Source of the DNA: Thermodesulfobacteriota bacterium
GTDB lineage: Bacteria > Desulfobacterota > Binatia > Bin18
DNA: 64,000 nt
Assembly: GCA_964291405.2 (NCBI GenBank)
Contig: OZ219926.1
Span: 2,240,001-2,304,000, forward strand
Direction: 5' to 3'
Below the pieces are notes generated by a model. It did not search any database. It worked only from the letters and a program-made list of their open reading frames with translations, and was not told the origin of the DNA. Position numbers and translations under genes: made by a program. This document shows positions 26,609-34,965 of the stretch, piece after piece (position 1 is the stretch's first letter; every line of letters begins with the position of its first letter).

Positions 26609-27301
26609 ATGCACGTCAATGTTGTTATTGTAGCTGCGGGAAAAGGGACGCGGCTGCAAAGCGAGTTGCCGAAACCTTTTCTGTCTGTTGCCGACAGACC
26701 GATTCTCGTGCATACCCTGCGGCGTTTTGCACCCATTGAGGCGGTCCGACGCATAGTTGTGGTGGTTGCTGCCGAGCGCGAGGCTCTTTGCCGGGAGGTG
26801 CTCCACACGCACGGACCCTGGCCACAACCGATAACCGTTGTCCACGGAGGAGTGGAACGGCAGGATTCGGTCCGGAACGGTTTGGCTGCGCTTGAGACCC
26901 AGTGTGAGGTTGTGGTGATTCATGACGCGGCCCGGCCGTTCATCAGCGTTGCAGCAATTCAACGCAGTATTGACGCAGCCGCCGAAACGGGCAGCGCGGT
27001 TGTGGCGACCCCTGTCCGCGACACCATTAAGCGGGCCGACGCGCAGCACACGATCCGTGAGACGGTCTCCCGGCATGAGCTGTGGCTGGCGCAAACACCC
27101 CAGACATTCCAGGTCGAAGTGATCCGAGCAGCCCACCGTTGGGCCCAGCAACGGGGCATCGCGGGAACGGATGATGCCACCCTGGTTGAGCAAATGGGCC
27201 GACCCGTCCGTATCGTTCCCGGCGACGCGCTCAATTTTAAGATCACGACACCGGACGACCTGGCTCTCGCCCAGGCAGTGCTGCAAGCGTCCGAAGGCTG
27301 A
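26609..27301 (+). CDS. ispD: 2-C-methyl-D-erythritol 4-phosphate cytidylyltransferase
   Basis: AAGKGTRL..PKPFL, GGVERQDSV, IHDAARPF, AQTPQ, TDDA, NFKITTPDDL. Confidence 0.95.
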   Translation: MHVNVVIVAAGKGTRLQSELPKPFLSVADRPILVHTLRRFAPIEAVRRIVVVVAAEREALCREVLHTHGPWPQPITVVHGGVERQDSVRNGLAALETQCEVVVIHDAARPFISVAAIQRSIDAAAETGSAVVATPVRDTIKRADAQHTIRETVSRHELWLAQTPQTFQVEVIRAAHRWAQQRGIAGTDDATLVEQMGRPVRIVPGDALNFKITTPDDLALAQAVLQASEG

Positions 27302-27538
27302 TCTATTTGAGGTAAAACCCAATTGTGACTAGCTGTATCCGAATACTAGTTCAATAAAGCATTAGAATCAAAAGATTTCTTCAAAAGGGCATAGAGAAGC
27401 CGAGTGCCAAGACACCGGTCGATGATGAAATCCCGTTCTAGCGATACCCACAACCGAGCGAACCTCCAAGCGATGCCAAAGCGTGCGCCAAAGCTCTAGC
27501 TCTGTCGCTAGGCAGTAGTCGTGTGGGTCGTAACGAAG

Positions 27539-27751
27539 ATGTGTTCCGCATATGCAAAAGTAAGGGAGGTCATTCGACTGCTTGAAGCTGACGGCTGGTA
27601 CCAAGTGCGGATGCGCGGCAGCCATCGACAATTCAAGCATCCGACGAAACGTGGGTTAGTGACAGTATCCTCGCATGACATCCAGGCGACGATCTTGCTA
27701 TTGGCACCCTCAACAGTGTTCAACTTGAGACAGGCGGGACTGAAGAAATGA
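27539..27751 (+). pseudogene. hicA: HicA toxin, degenerate (small insertions scramble the C-terminal segment)
   Basis: KVREVIRLLEADGW..RGSHRQFKHP is intact, but the canonical HPGDDLAIGTLNSV is in another frame. Confidence 0.7.
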
Positions 27752-27960
27752 AATATCTTATTGTCGTAGAGAAGACCGAAACTGGCTTCTCGGCGTACTC
27801 ACCGGACGTGCCGGGGTGCGTGTCCACGGGTCGGACGGAGGAAGAGACCGAGACCAATATGAAGGAGGCGATTGAGTTTCACGTCGATGGCCTCAAGCAG
27901 GAAGGGCTACCTGTCCCTCAACCATCCACGAAATCGGCCTATGTGGAAGTTACTGCATGA
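27748..27960 (+). CDS. hicB: HicB-like antitoxin
   Basis: FSAYSPDVPGCVSTGRTEEE...EAIEFHVDGL; ATGA overlap with hicA. Confidence 0.9.
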   Translation: MKYLIVVEKTETGFSAYSPDVPGCVSTGRTEEETETNMKEAIEFHVDGLKQEGLPVPQPSTKSAYVEVTA

Positions 27961-27975
27961 GTGGGATGAGACACC

Positions 27976-28041
27976 TTGTACCCGAGAATCCTTGAACGCT
28001 TGAGAACTCGAATCCGTGAGCGTCTGTATATTGAAATGTGA
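27976..28041 (+). pseudogene. 5' remnant of a DUF4258-like toxin gene
   Basis: TTG frame reads (M)YPRILERLRTRIRERLYI and then runs straight into the zinc-finger antitoxin; family call from recall. Confidence 0.5.
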
Positions 28042-28267
28042 CAATTGCGGAGAGCAGGGAGCCCAGACCCGCCTTGTCTCCCGCAGCTATGGCTCTGGCA
28101 AAGACCTGCTGGTGATTGAAGAGATTCCCCTAATCTCGTGCTCAAGCTGCGGAGAAAGCTATTTTACCGCTGAGACGCTTCATGAGGTCGAACGCATAAA
28201 GCTGCATCGGAAGGGATTCGCACAGATAAGGCCGGTGTCCGTGGCAAGATTCCATCAAGCAGCCTAG
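28031..28267 (+). CDS. YgiT/MqsA-type zinc-finger antitoxin-like protein
   Basis: KCDNCG...LLVIEEIPLISCSSCGESYF; TTG start (ORF track starts at 28016). Confidence 0.85.
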   Translation: MKCDNCGEQGAQTRLVSRSYGSGKDLLVIEEIPLISCSSCGESYFTAETLHEVERIKLHRKGFAQIRPVSVARFHQAA

Positions 28268-28317
28268 CTTGATGCTTGAGACGATTCGGTAAAGCGCGTG
28301 ACTAAGCGCCGCTTGGC

Positions 28318-28566
28318 ATGAGCACTTCGGAAGTTGAGATTACGAGCATATCTGCGCACGGCGTCTGGTTGCTCGCCGGCGAAGAGGAGTTTTTTCTCTC
28401 TTATGAGGATCTTCCCTGGTTCAAAGATGCTTCCGTGGGGAAAATCCTGAACGTGAGGGAACCAACTCCCGGTCACTTTTATTGGCCCGAGTTAGATATT
28501 GATCTCGGAGCGGAAACCATTCGCCATCCCGATCGTTTTCCACTTCGAGCGCAGCGTGATACCTAA
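28318..28566 (+). CDS. DUF2442-like protein (TA-associated)
   Basis: EITSISAHGVWLL...LPWFKDA...HFYWPELDIDL..IRHPDRFPL. Confidence 0.8.
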   Translation: MSTSEVEITSISAHGVWLLAGEEEFFLSYEDLPWFKDASVGKILNVREPTPGHFYWPELDIDLGAETIRHPDRFPLRAQRDT

Positions 28567-28635
28567 CTTGGCGCGCGTAGCAGTGCGCTAAAATACACGG
28601 TCGAATTCTATCTCAGTATTCATGAGGCAGGTGAC

Positions 28636-28872
28636 ATGACAGGCTATTGGATCGTGGGGGCGTCGTGGAAACGGACGAAATTCGTGCACGAAGGAAACTA
28701 CGTCGCAGAAGTTGACGTAGAACTCCTAGAAGAACCTGAGGGGTGGTCACCGTACCTTTCTCTGGAGGATGCGTATCGTCTCGACGATGTCCGTGAGGCT
28801 CTTCGGCGAGGTGACGTGAAGACCGCTGCAAGATATGCGCGCGTGTTCAGTCTCACGCCTGTCGCTGTGTGA
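28636..28872 (+). CDS. Small TA-cassette-type hypothetical protein
   Basis: VHEGNYVAEVDVEL..GWSPYLSLEDAYRLDDVREALRRGD; GAGG SD; within the TA array. Confidence 0.7.
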   Translation: MTGYWIVGASWKRTKFVHEGNYVAEVDVELLEEPEGWSPYLSLEDAYRLDDVREALRRGDVKTAARYARVFSLTPVAV

Positions 28873-28877
28873 GACCG

Positions 28878-29948
28878 CTATCTGCGTAGAATTGTCTGTC
28901 CAGCTTGACCAAAGAGGTTCGGGGTCGGGCTCTTGGCCTGCGCTTCTTCCTGCGTGATAAGCCCTCGCGTGGCGAGGTCAACAAGCGCCCGGTCCATGGT
29001 CTGCATTCCATCCTTTTGGCCAACCTGGAGGGCTGAGAGGATTTGGTGCCCCTTGCCCTCGCGGATCAGCGTGCGGACTGCCGGGCTGCCCACCAGGATT
29101 TCCAAAGCTGCGACGCGCCCCCCGCCTTTCTTTTGACATAAAGTCTGGGTGATGATGGCTTCAATCGCGTCGGCGAACTGGGTCCGAATCTGGGGTTGTT
29201 GAGCGGCCGGAAAAACGTCGATGATCCGGTCAACGGCCTGCGCCACGCCTGGCGCGTGTAAGGTGCTCAAAACGAGATGGCCGGTTTCGGCGGCCGTAAG
29301 AACGAGTTGGATGGTTTCCAGGTCGCGCATTTCGCCAACCAGAATAATGTCGGGATCTTCGCGTAAGACCGCCCGCAACGCATTGGCAAACGAGTGGGTA
29401 TGGACGCCGAGTTCGCGCTGATTGACAAGGCATTTCTTGGACTGATGAGTGAATTCAATGGGATCTTCAATCGTGACGATGTGACCTTCGACCGTCTCGT
29501 TGAGATGGTTGACCATAGCGGCCAGGGTGGTCGATTTTCCACTCCCGGCTGGACCAGTCACCAGGATCAGCCCTTTTCTCCGCGTACACAGTTGGCTGAG
29601 AATCGGCGGCAGTCCGAGTTCCTCGAACGAGGCAATCTCTGTTGGAATGGTCCGCAACACCGCACCCTCACCGTGTTGCTGCATAAAGACATTCACCCGA
29701 AAGCGTCCTACCTCTCCCAGGTCACAGGAGAAGTCGATTTCGAGACTCTTCTCAAATACCTTTCGTTGATCCTCATCCATAATATCGTACACAAGGGCGT
29801 GAACCTCATCCTGAGAGAGCGGGGCCGGATCAAGCCGTTGCATAACCCCGTCGAGCCGCATCATGGGTGGTGCTCCACTGCTGAGATGGATGTCAGAAGC
29901 GCCTGATCGGACGGCACTGCTGAGGAGTGCGGTTACCTCCGTTGACAT
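28878..29948 (-). CDS. pilT: Type IV pilus retraction ATPase PilT
   Basis: ASDIHL, GPAGSGKSTT, TIEDPIEF, LREDPDIILVGEMRD, AAETGHLV, AVRTLIRE (AIRNLIRE-like). Confidence 0.93.
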   Translation of the reverse strand: MSTEVTALLSSAVRSGASDIHLSSGAPPMMRLDGVMQRLDPAPLSQDEVHALVYDIMDEDQRKVFEKSLEIDFSCDLGEVGRFRVNVFMQQHGEGAVLRTIPTEIASFEELGLPPILSQLCTRRKGLILVTGPAGSGKSTTLAAMVNHLNETVEGHIVTIEDPIEFTHQSKKCLVNQRELGVHTHSFANALRAVLREDPDIILVGEMRDLETIQLVLTAAETGHLVLSTLHAPGVAQAVDRIIDVFPAAQQPQIRTQFADAIEAIITQTLCQKKGGGRVAALEILVGSPAVRTLIREGKGHQILSALQVGQKDGMQTMDRALVDLATRGLITQEEAQAKSPTPNLFGQAGQTILRR

Positions 29949-30193
29949 AGGAACCTCCGGCTACAGAACGACATGCGCTCGCATCTTTAGCATGTAACTG
30001 TACGCAGAAGAAGAATACGGAACAAGGATGATTGCTGGAGTGTGAGACCGGCCTGTCTTAAAAGAGTAAACGTGTCCTCCAATACATATGAAATGCTGGA
30101 CACATTTACTCTTTTTGTCCCTATGCACTCGCGGTCGCCTGTGGTAAGCCAGACGGTCTATTCTCCCTCCCAGCAGGAAAAGGAGACTCCACG

Positions 30194-31009
30194 ATGGGAT
30201 ATGAGGCCATTATCTACGAGCATGTGGAAGACAAGATTGTCCGCGTGACGCTGAATCGTCCGGAGAAACTGAACGCCATGAGTCGCCAGCTTTTGTCCGA
30301 GTTGGACGCGGCCCTGGACGAGTTTGAAACGGATAATGATGCCAGTGTCCTGATCATTCGCGGGGCCGGACGGGCCTTCTGCGCCGGGTATGATCTCCAG
30401 CCGGTTTCAGGACCGGGGGGAGGCTTTACCGTCACCAGTGACCGCTGGGGATTGCGCAAGATCGTCGCCCGCTGGCAGCGTCTGTGGAACCTGCCCAAAC
30501 CAACCATTGCGCAGGTCCACGGCTATTGTTTGGCCGGAGCGACGGAGTTTGTCGGGCATTGTGACTTGGTCTTTGCGGCCGACGATGCCCAGTTCGGCCA
30601 CCCTGCCGGACGTTCGCTCGGGGTGCTCCCGTCGCTGGCCATGTGGCCCTACCTGATGGGGATGCGTAAGACCAAAGAATTTCTCTTTACCGGAGATTCC
30701 ATGACCGCGGCTGAGGCGCTGGAAAACGGCCTGATTAACCACGTCTACCCGAAACAGGAGTTGGAGGGCGAGGTGCTGCGTTACGCCCGCCGCGTCGCCG
30801 CAGTGCCGGTTGACCTGTTGACGCTCCATAAGGCGGCGACCAATCGCTTCTTTGAGGCTATGGGCCTGTATGCGGCTGAACAGTCGGCAACCGAATTTGA
30901 CGTGATTGCCCATCAGACTGTGACGGTCAAAAATGAAGTCAAAAAAATGATGGAACGCGGACTCAAAGAAGCCCTGCGTGATCGTGACAAGCCGTTTGCC
31001 AAGAAATAG
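30194..31009 (+). CDS. Enoyl-CoA hydratase/isomerase (crotonase) family protein
   Basis: TLNRPEKLNA, GRAFCAGYDL, PKPTIAQVHGYCLAG. Confidence 0.92.
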   Translation: MGYEAIIYEHVEDKIVRVTLNRPEKLNAMSRQLLSELDAALDEFETDNDASVLIIRGAGRAFCAGYDLQPVSGPGGGFTVTSDRWGLRKIVARWQRLWNLPKPTIAQVHGYCLAGATEFVGHCDLVFAADDAQFGHPAGRSLGVLPSLAMWPYLMGMRKTKEFLFTGDSMTAAEALENGLINHVYPKQELEGEVLRYARRVAAVPVDLLTLHKAATNRFFEAMGLYAAEQSATEFDVIAHQTVTVKNEVKKMMERGLKEALRDRDKPFAKK

Positions 31010-31010
31010 C

Positions 31011-31718
31011 ATGAAAAAAGGACTGATGGACGGACGCCGCATCTACCTGATGCGCCATGGGGAAACCCTGTATCAACGTGTGGCAAACGAGGGGGCGCTG
31101 GGTAATGGAGCCCTGACCGAGCGTGGGCAAGAGCAGACCGCGGCGGTTGCCCTGCTCTTTCGGGGAGTACCGCTTGATGCGATTTACGCCAGTCCGCTTG
31201 AACGGGCGTATGAAACCGCCCAGGTCATCGCCAAAGAAAAAGAGCTGGACATTCAAGTGGCGCCGGAGCTGAGCGAGATCATCCCGAGCGATACGGTCTT
31301 AGCCCAAAAAAGCCTGACCGACATATTTAAGGAGATCCAGGAGTTCTTTAAGAATACAGACTCTGACTGGGACGAATCCTACCTGGGCGGAGAGAGTTTC
31401 CGTCAGGTCTATGCCCGTGCCGGGCGCCTCCTACAGGCCCTCTTAGCCAAAGATGATTGGCAGACCATTCTCCTTGTTGCGCACGGGGGCGTGAATAACG
31501 CTTTTTTAGCCCATGCCACAGGGATAACGCAGGGGAGGATTTTTAATATTGAGCAAGACTTCGGCTGTATCAATATTATTGACTTTGTTCACGGTCGTCC
31601 CTTTCTCCGCCTCGCCAATTTTACCCTCTACGATCAGCTCAAGATTCACCTGCGAGAGCACAGCTTGGATATCATTCTCAATTTGTTGCAGGGGCGTGGC
31701 ATTATTGATGCCGATTGA
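31011..31718 (+). CDS. Histidine phosphatase family protein
   Basis: YLMRHGET, SPLERAYETA, LLVAHGG. Confidence 0.92.
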   Translation: MKKGLMDGRRIYLMRHGETLYQRVANEGALGNGALTERGQEQTAAVALLFRGVPLDAIYASPLERAYETAQVIAKEKELDIQVAPELSEIIPSDTVLAQKSLTDIFKEIQEFFKNTDSDWDESYLGGESFRQVYARAGRLLQALLAKDDWQTILLVAHGGVNNAFLAHATGITQGRIFNIEQDFGCINIIDFVHGRPFLRLANFTLYDQLKIHLREHSLDIILNLLQGRGIIDAD

Positions 31719-31852
31719 TCCTGAAGGGTCCGGCTCGGCTTTTTATTAAAGATAAAATTTTTTCATCGTCGAAAAAAAGAATGACAAACCTCTTGACTTG
31801 ACTTTCCACTTTCTTTAATTAGTCTGAATAAACTAGTTTATGGGGGTGTAAC

Positions 31853-32455
31853 ATTAGTGTTCAACTTGTCATCTTAGGGCTGTTATCCGAGAAGCCGTTT
31901 CATGGCTATGAACTGCGGCAGGAAGTCGAGCACCGGCTGTACGCCAAGTATATCAACCTGAGTGGTGGCTCGCTCTACTATAATCTCGGGCAGCTTGAAC
32001 AGGCCGGTTATGTGGAAAAGACCAAAGTCGAGCAAAAGGGAAACTATCCGGCTCGGCAGGTCTACCAAATCACGCCGGCCGGCCACGACTATTTACGAGC
32101 CGAGTTGCGACGTCAACTGTTCGACACCAAGGAGCGAACCAAAGTCTTTGACCCCTTGAACGCCGCCCTCGCCTTTAGTCATCTGCTTGACGACTCAGAC
32201 CTGCGTGAGGCACTCCAGAGCCAACTTGAATGGACCCGCGGGCGTCTGGCCTGGGTTACCGAGCAACAGGCATACTGGAACGAGCAGGGTGTAACACTCC
32301 CGCAAGCCCAGATTATTACGCATGGATTGGCGTATTTAAACGGGGAGATTGATTGGCTTGAAGAATTCCTGGCCACGATCGATGGACACAACGGTCGGGG
32401 ATTGAAGGCCGATGGACCAACTGGCGTCTCTTCTTCAGAAAGAGACGCAATATAG
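31853..32455 (+). CDS. PadR-family regulator (probable ATT start)
   Basis: In-frame extension of ORF 32012: ISVQLVILGLLSEKPFHGYEL...GSLYYNLGQLEQAGYV...RQVYQITPAG. Confidence 0.88.
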   Translation: MSVQLVILGLLSEKPFHGYELRQEVEHRLYAKYINLSGGSLYYNLGQLEQAGYVEKTKVEQKGNYPARQVYQITPAGHDYLRAELRRQLFDTKERTKVFDPLNAALAFSHLLDDSDLREALQSQLEWTRGRLAWVTEQQAYWNEQGVTLPQAQIITHGLAYLNGEIDWLEEFLATIDGHNGRGLKADGPTGVSSSERDAI

Positions 32456-32495
32456 GAAAAACCGACAGACATCCCACACAAGAGGAGGGTTCAGA

Positions 32496-33140
32496 ATGGA
32501 AGGTTTAAGTGTTCTCGATATGATCCAGCAGGGGTGGTATATCACTTATCCCCTGATCATAATGTCGGTGGTTGTCATCACCATCATTTTTGAACGGATA
32601 GTTGCCCTACGCGGATTGATCGGTGGGACTTTGCAGATTGCCGGCGGTCTGGTTGGCGTCTTACAGAAGGGCGATTTTCAGGGGGCTATGACCTCCGCTG
32701 AGGAGCAGGCGGACAAACCAGTGGGCCGGATATTTCGTGATGTCCTTTCTCAACAGGAGGGTGAATCGCTCGAATATTTGTCCGAAATCATTGAGGACCG
32801 CCGCTTCGAAGAAATCGAGGCGCTCAAAGGCAGCATATGGGTGCTGGGAACAGTGGGGGTGAGTGCGCCCTTCATTGGGCTACTCGGCACTGTCATCGGG
32901 ATTATCAAATCCTTCACAAATATGGCGGTTGAGGGCAGTGGTGGCTTTGCTGTGGTTGCCGGTGGTATTTCCGAGGCCCTGGTTGCAACGGCTCTTGGTC
33001 TCGCAGTCGGGATCGTTGCGGTGGTCTTCTATAACTATTTTCATACCAAGCTTGAGCGGGTCGAGGCAGCAATGACGATCAGTTCGGATCGCGTACTCGA
33101 AGCAGTCCGCCTGGGGAGGAAAGCTCATGGGAATGACTAA
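32496..33140 (+). CDS. MotA/TolQ/ExbB proton channel protein
   Basis: APFIGLLGTVIGII and GISEALVATALGL; GAGGAGG SD before ATG 32496. Confidence 0.92.
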   Translation: MEGLSVLDMIQQGWYITYPLIIMSVVVITIIFERIVALRGLIGGTLQIAGGLVGVLQKGDFQGAMTSAEEQADKPVGRIFRDVLSQQEGESLEYLSEIIEDRRFEEIEALKGSIWVLGTVGVSAPFIGLLGTVIGIIKSFTNMAVEGSGGFAVVAGGISEALVATALGLAVGIVAVVFYNYFHTKLERVEAAMTISSDRVLEAVRLGRKAHGND

Positions 33141-33546
33141 CCCACGCAAGAAGAGCGGGAGTGGATCCGATATTATGGCCGAGATCAATATCGTTCCCTT
33201 GTGCGACATCTTTTTGGTGCTACTGATCATCTTTATGGTAACCAGTGTGGCGATGGTGCAATCCGGAGCCGAGATTAACCTGCCCGAGGTGCAGGAAACT
33301 GACTCAGAGCCTCGTCAGATTGTGATTACGGTGACACCCCAAAAGGAAATCTTTGTGAACGCCAGACCGGTGACCATGGCCGATCTTGAGGTCGCCATTC
33401 GGCAGCAAGTCACCGCCAAGCCGGACGTACCGGTCGTGCTCGAAGGGGATAAGGACGTCATTTTAGGAGAGGCGGTCAAAATTCTCTCCATTGCCCAACG
33501 AGCCGGAGCGGCTCAGGTCGCGATTGCTGCCAGACAGACCGGTTAA
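33127..33546 (+). CDS. ExbD/TolR family protein
   Basis: EINIVPLCDIFLVLLIIFMV (conserved TM Asp), VLEGDKDV. Confidence 0.92.
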   Translation: MGMTNPRKKSGSGSDIMAEINIVPLCDIFLVLLIIFMVTSVAMVQSGAEINLPEVQETDSEPRQIVITVTPQKEIFVNARPVTMADLEVAIRQQVTAKPDVPVVLEGDKDVILGEAVKILSIAQRAGAAQVAIAARQTG

Positions 33547-33582
33547 GCAGTCCGTCGCAATCGCTACAAGGAGGGGAGGGCC

Positions 33583-34824
33583 ATGGCTTCGCCCGAAGAG
33601 AACACGAAAACATCCGAGAGCACTTCAGTCGAGCGGAAAATCCAAGAGGATTTGTGGCTGTATCGAGGTGGAGGATTTAGCAGAAATGCGCGCTGGTTCG
33701 CCTTCTCGACGGCGGCCCATATTCTCATTTTGTCCATCTTTGCCACCACGGCTGTGACCATCATGAAAGAGCCGGAAATGGTTCGGGTCAATGCGCTACC
33801 GCTTACACAAGAAGAGTTGGACGCCATGGCGGAGGAGGAGATGCCGGACGATTGGGAAGGTGAGCCCTCGCTGGAGGATATTCCGGGCATCCTGACCATG
33901 GAAGACTTGGCGCCGAATAGGGCGCGCCCAACCGGTCCTTCCTCAACCGGTCCGCTTCAGGCTCCTATCCAACGGGCGGCTGTTCCCATCTTCTCGGGTA
34001 TCGGGCCAGTGACGATTGAAGTCCAGCGCGCTGACAGTAGTTTTTCCGGTATCGACGCCCAACTCAGCGGTCTGGTTGGCGCTGGGGATCTCGGCGGGGG
34101 CGGAGGGTTTGGCGACTATGGGCGGGGGCTGCGGAAGGTTGGTCTTGATGTCGCCCTGGTGATTGACGCCACAGACAGTATGCAGTTTGTGATCGATTCG
34201 GTTCGTGACCGCTTGACGAAGCTGGTGACACTGTTGCGAAAGCTCGTCCCCACCTCACGGATCGGTGTTGTGGCCTATCGAGACAGGGGCGAAGAGTATG
34301 TCACCAAATGGGTTGACCTAAGTTTTTCCACACCCAAGCTCAAAGGCTTTTTGGCCAATCTGCACTCTGACGGCGGCGGCGATTGGCCGGAAGCGGTGTA
34401 TGAAGGCATGGACGCGGCCATGAATGATCTGAGTTGGCGGAAACGCTCACGTCGGGTGGTGATTCTTGTCGCTGGCTCGCCGCCCCATCCGGAGAGCATG
34501 AGCAGCGTGCTGGGCCTGGCCCAAGGGTTCCAGGCGCGCGGTGGGGTGGTCAGTGTGATGGACTTGGCCGACAAAATGCACGAGGACTTTGAGTACGCGC
34601 TCTGGGAGCAGAGCGGAAAAATTATGAATGTCGCCTTTACGCCAACGCCGCTACCGAGTTTCTACCGCGAATTCCGGCATACCATGGCGTCTGTGGCTCG
34701 GGCCGGCGGGGGGGACTTTATCCCGCTGACTGAGGAAAGAGCATTGACCAAGAACATCATCATTATGACCTTTGGTTCGCGCTGGGAAGTGGAGATGGCA
34801 AAATACTTGCGGGACTTGGAGTAG
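33583..34824 (+). CDS. Membrane-anchored vWA domain protein with TonB/TolA-like SxxxH TM helix
   Basis: TM FAFSTAAHILIL; acidic/Pro/Gly linker; vWA LDVALVIDATDSM, RIGVVAYRD, GGGDWPEAV. Confidence 0.85.
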   Translation: MASPEENTKTSESTSVERKIQEDLWLYRGGGFSRNARWFAFSTAAHILILSIFATTAVTIMKEPEMVRVNALPLTQEELDAMAEEEMPDDWEGEPSLEDIPGILTMEDLAPNRARPTGPSSTGPLQAPIQRAAVPIFSGIGPVTIEVQRADSSFSGIDAQLSGLVGAGDLGGGGGFGDYGRGLRKVGLDVALVIDATDSMQFVIDSVRDRLTKLVTLLRKLVPTSRIGVVAYRDRGEEYVTKWVDLSFSTPKLKGFLANLHSDGGGDWPEAVYEGMDAAMNDLSWRKRSRRVVILVAGSPPHPESMSSVLGLAQGFQARGGVVSVMDLADKMHEDFEYALWEQSGKIMNVAFTPTPLPSFYREFRHTMASVARAGGGDFIPLTEERALTKNIIIMTFGSRWEVEMAKYLRDLE

Positions 34825-34965
34825 AACGCGGTCCGGTGGTTAAATGGCATGATACCGGAGAACCCTGTGGGCAAGCGTTTCTCTTCGTGCAGGTGGGGAT
34901 GGCCGGCGGGAGCTTTGAACGCAAGGACATAACGTAAGGGACAGGGTCAAAAAAGGAGTGCAAGC

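Noticed and set aside
27368-27723. Minus-strand ORFs over the TA array
   Set aside because: Antisense to hicA; no independent support.
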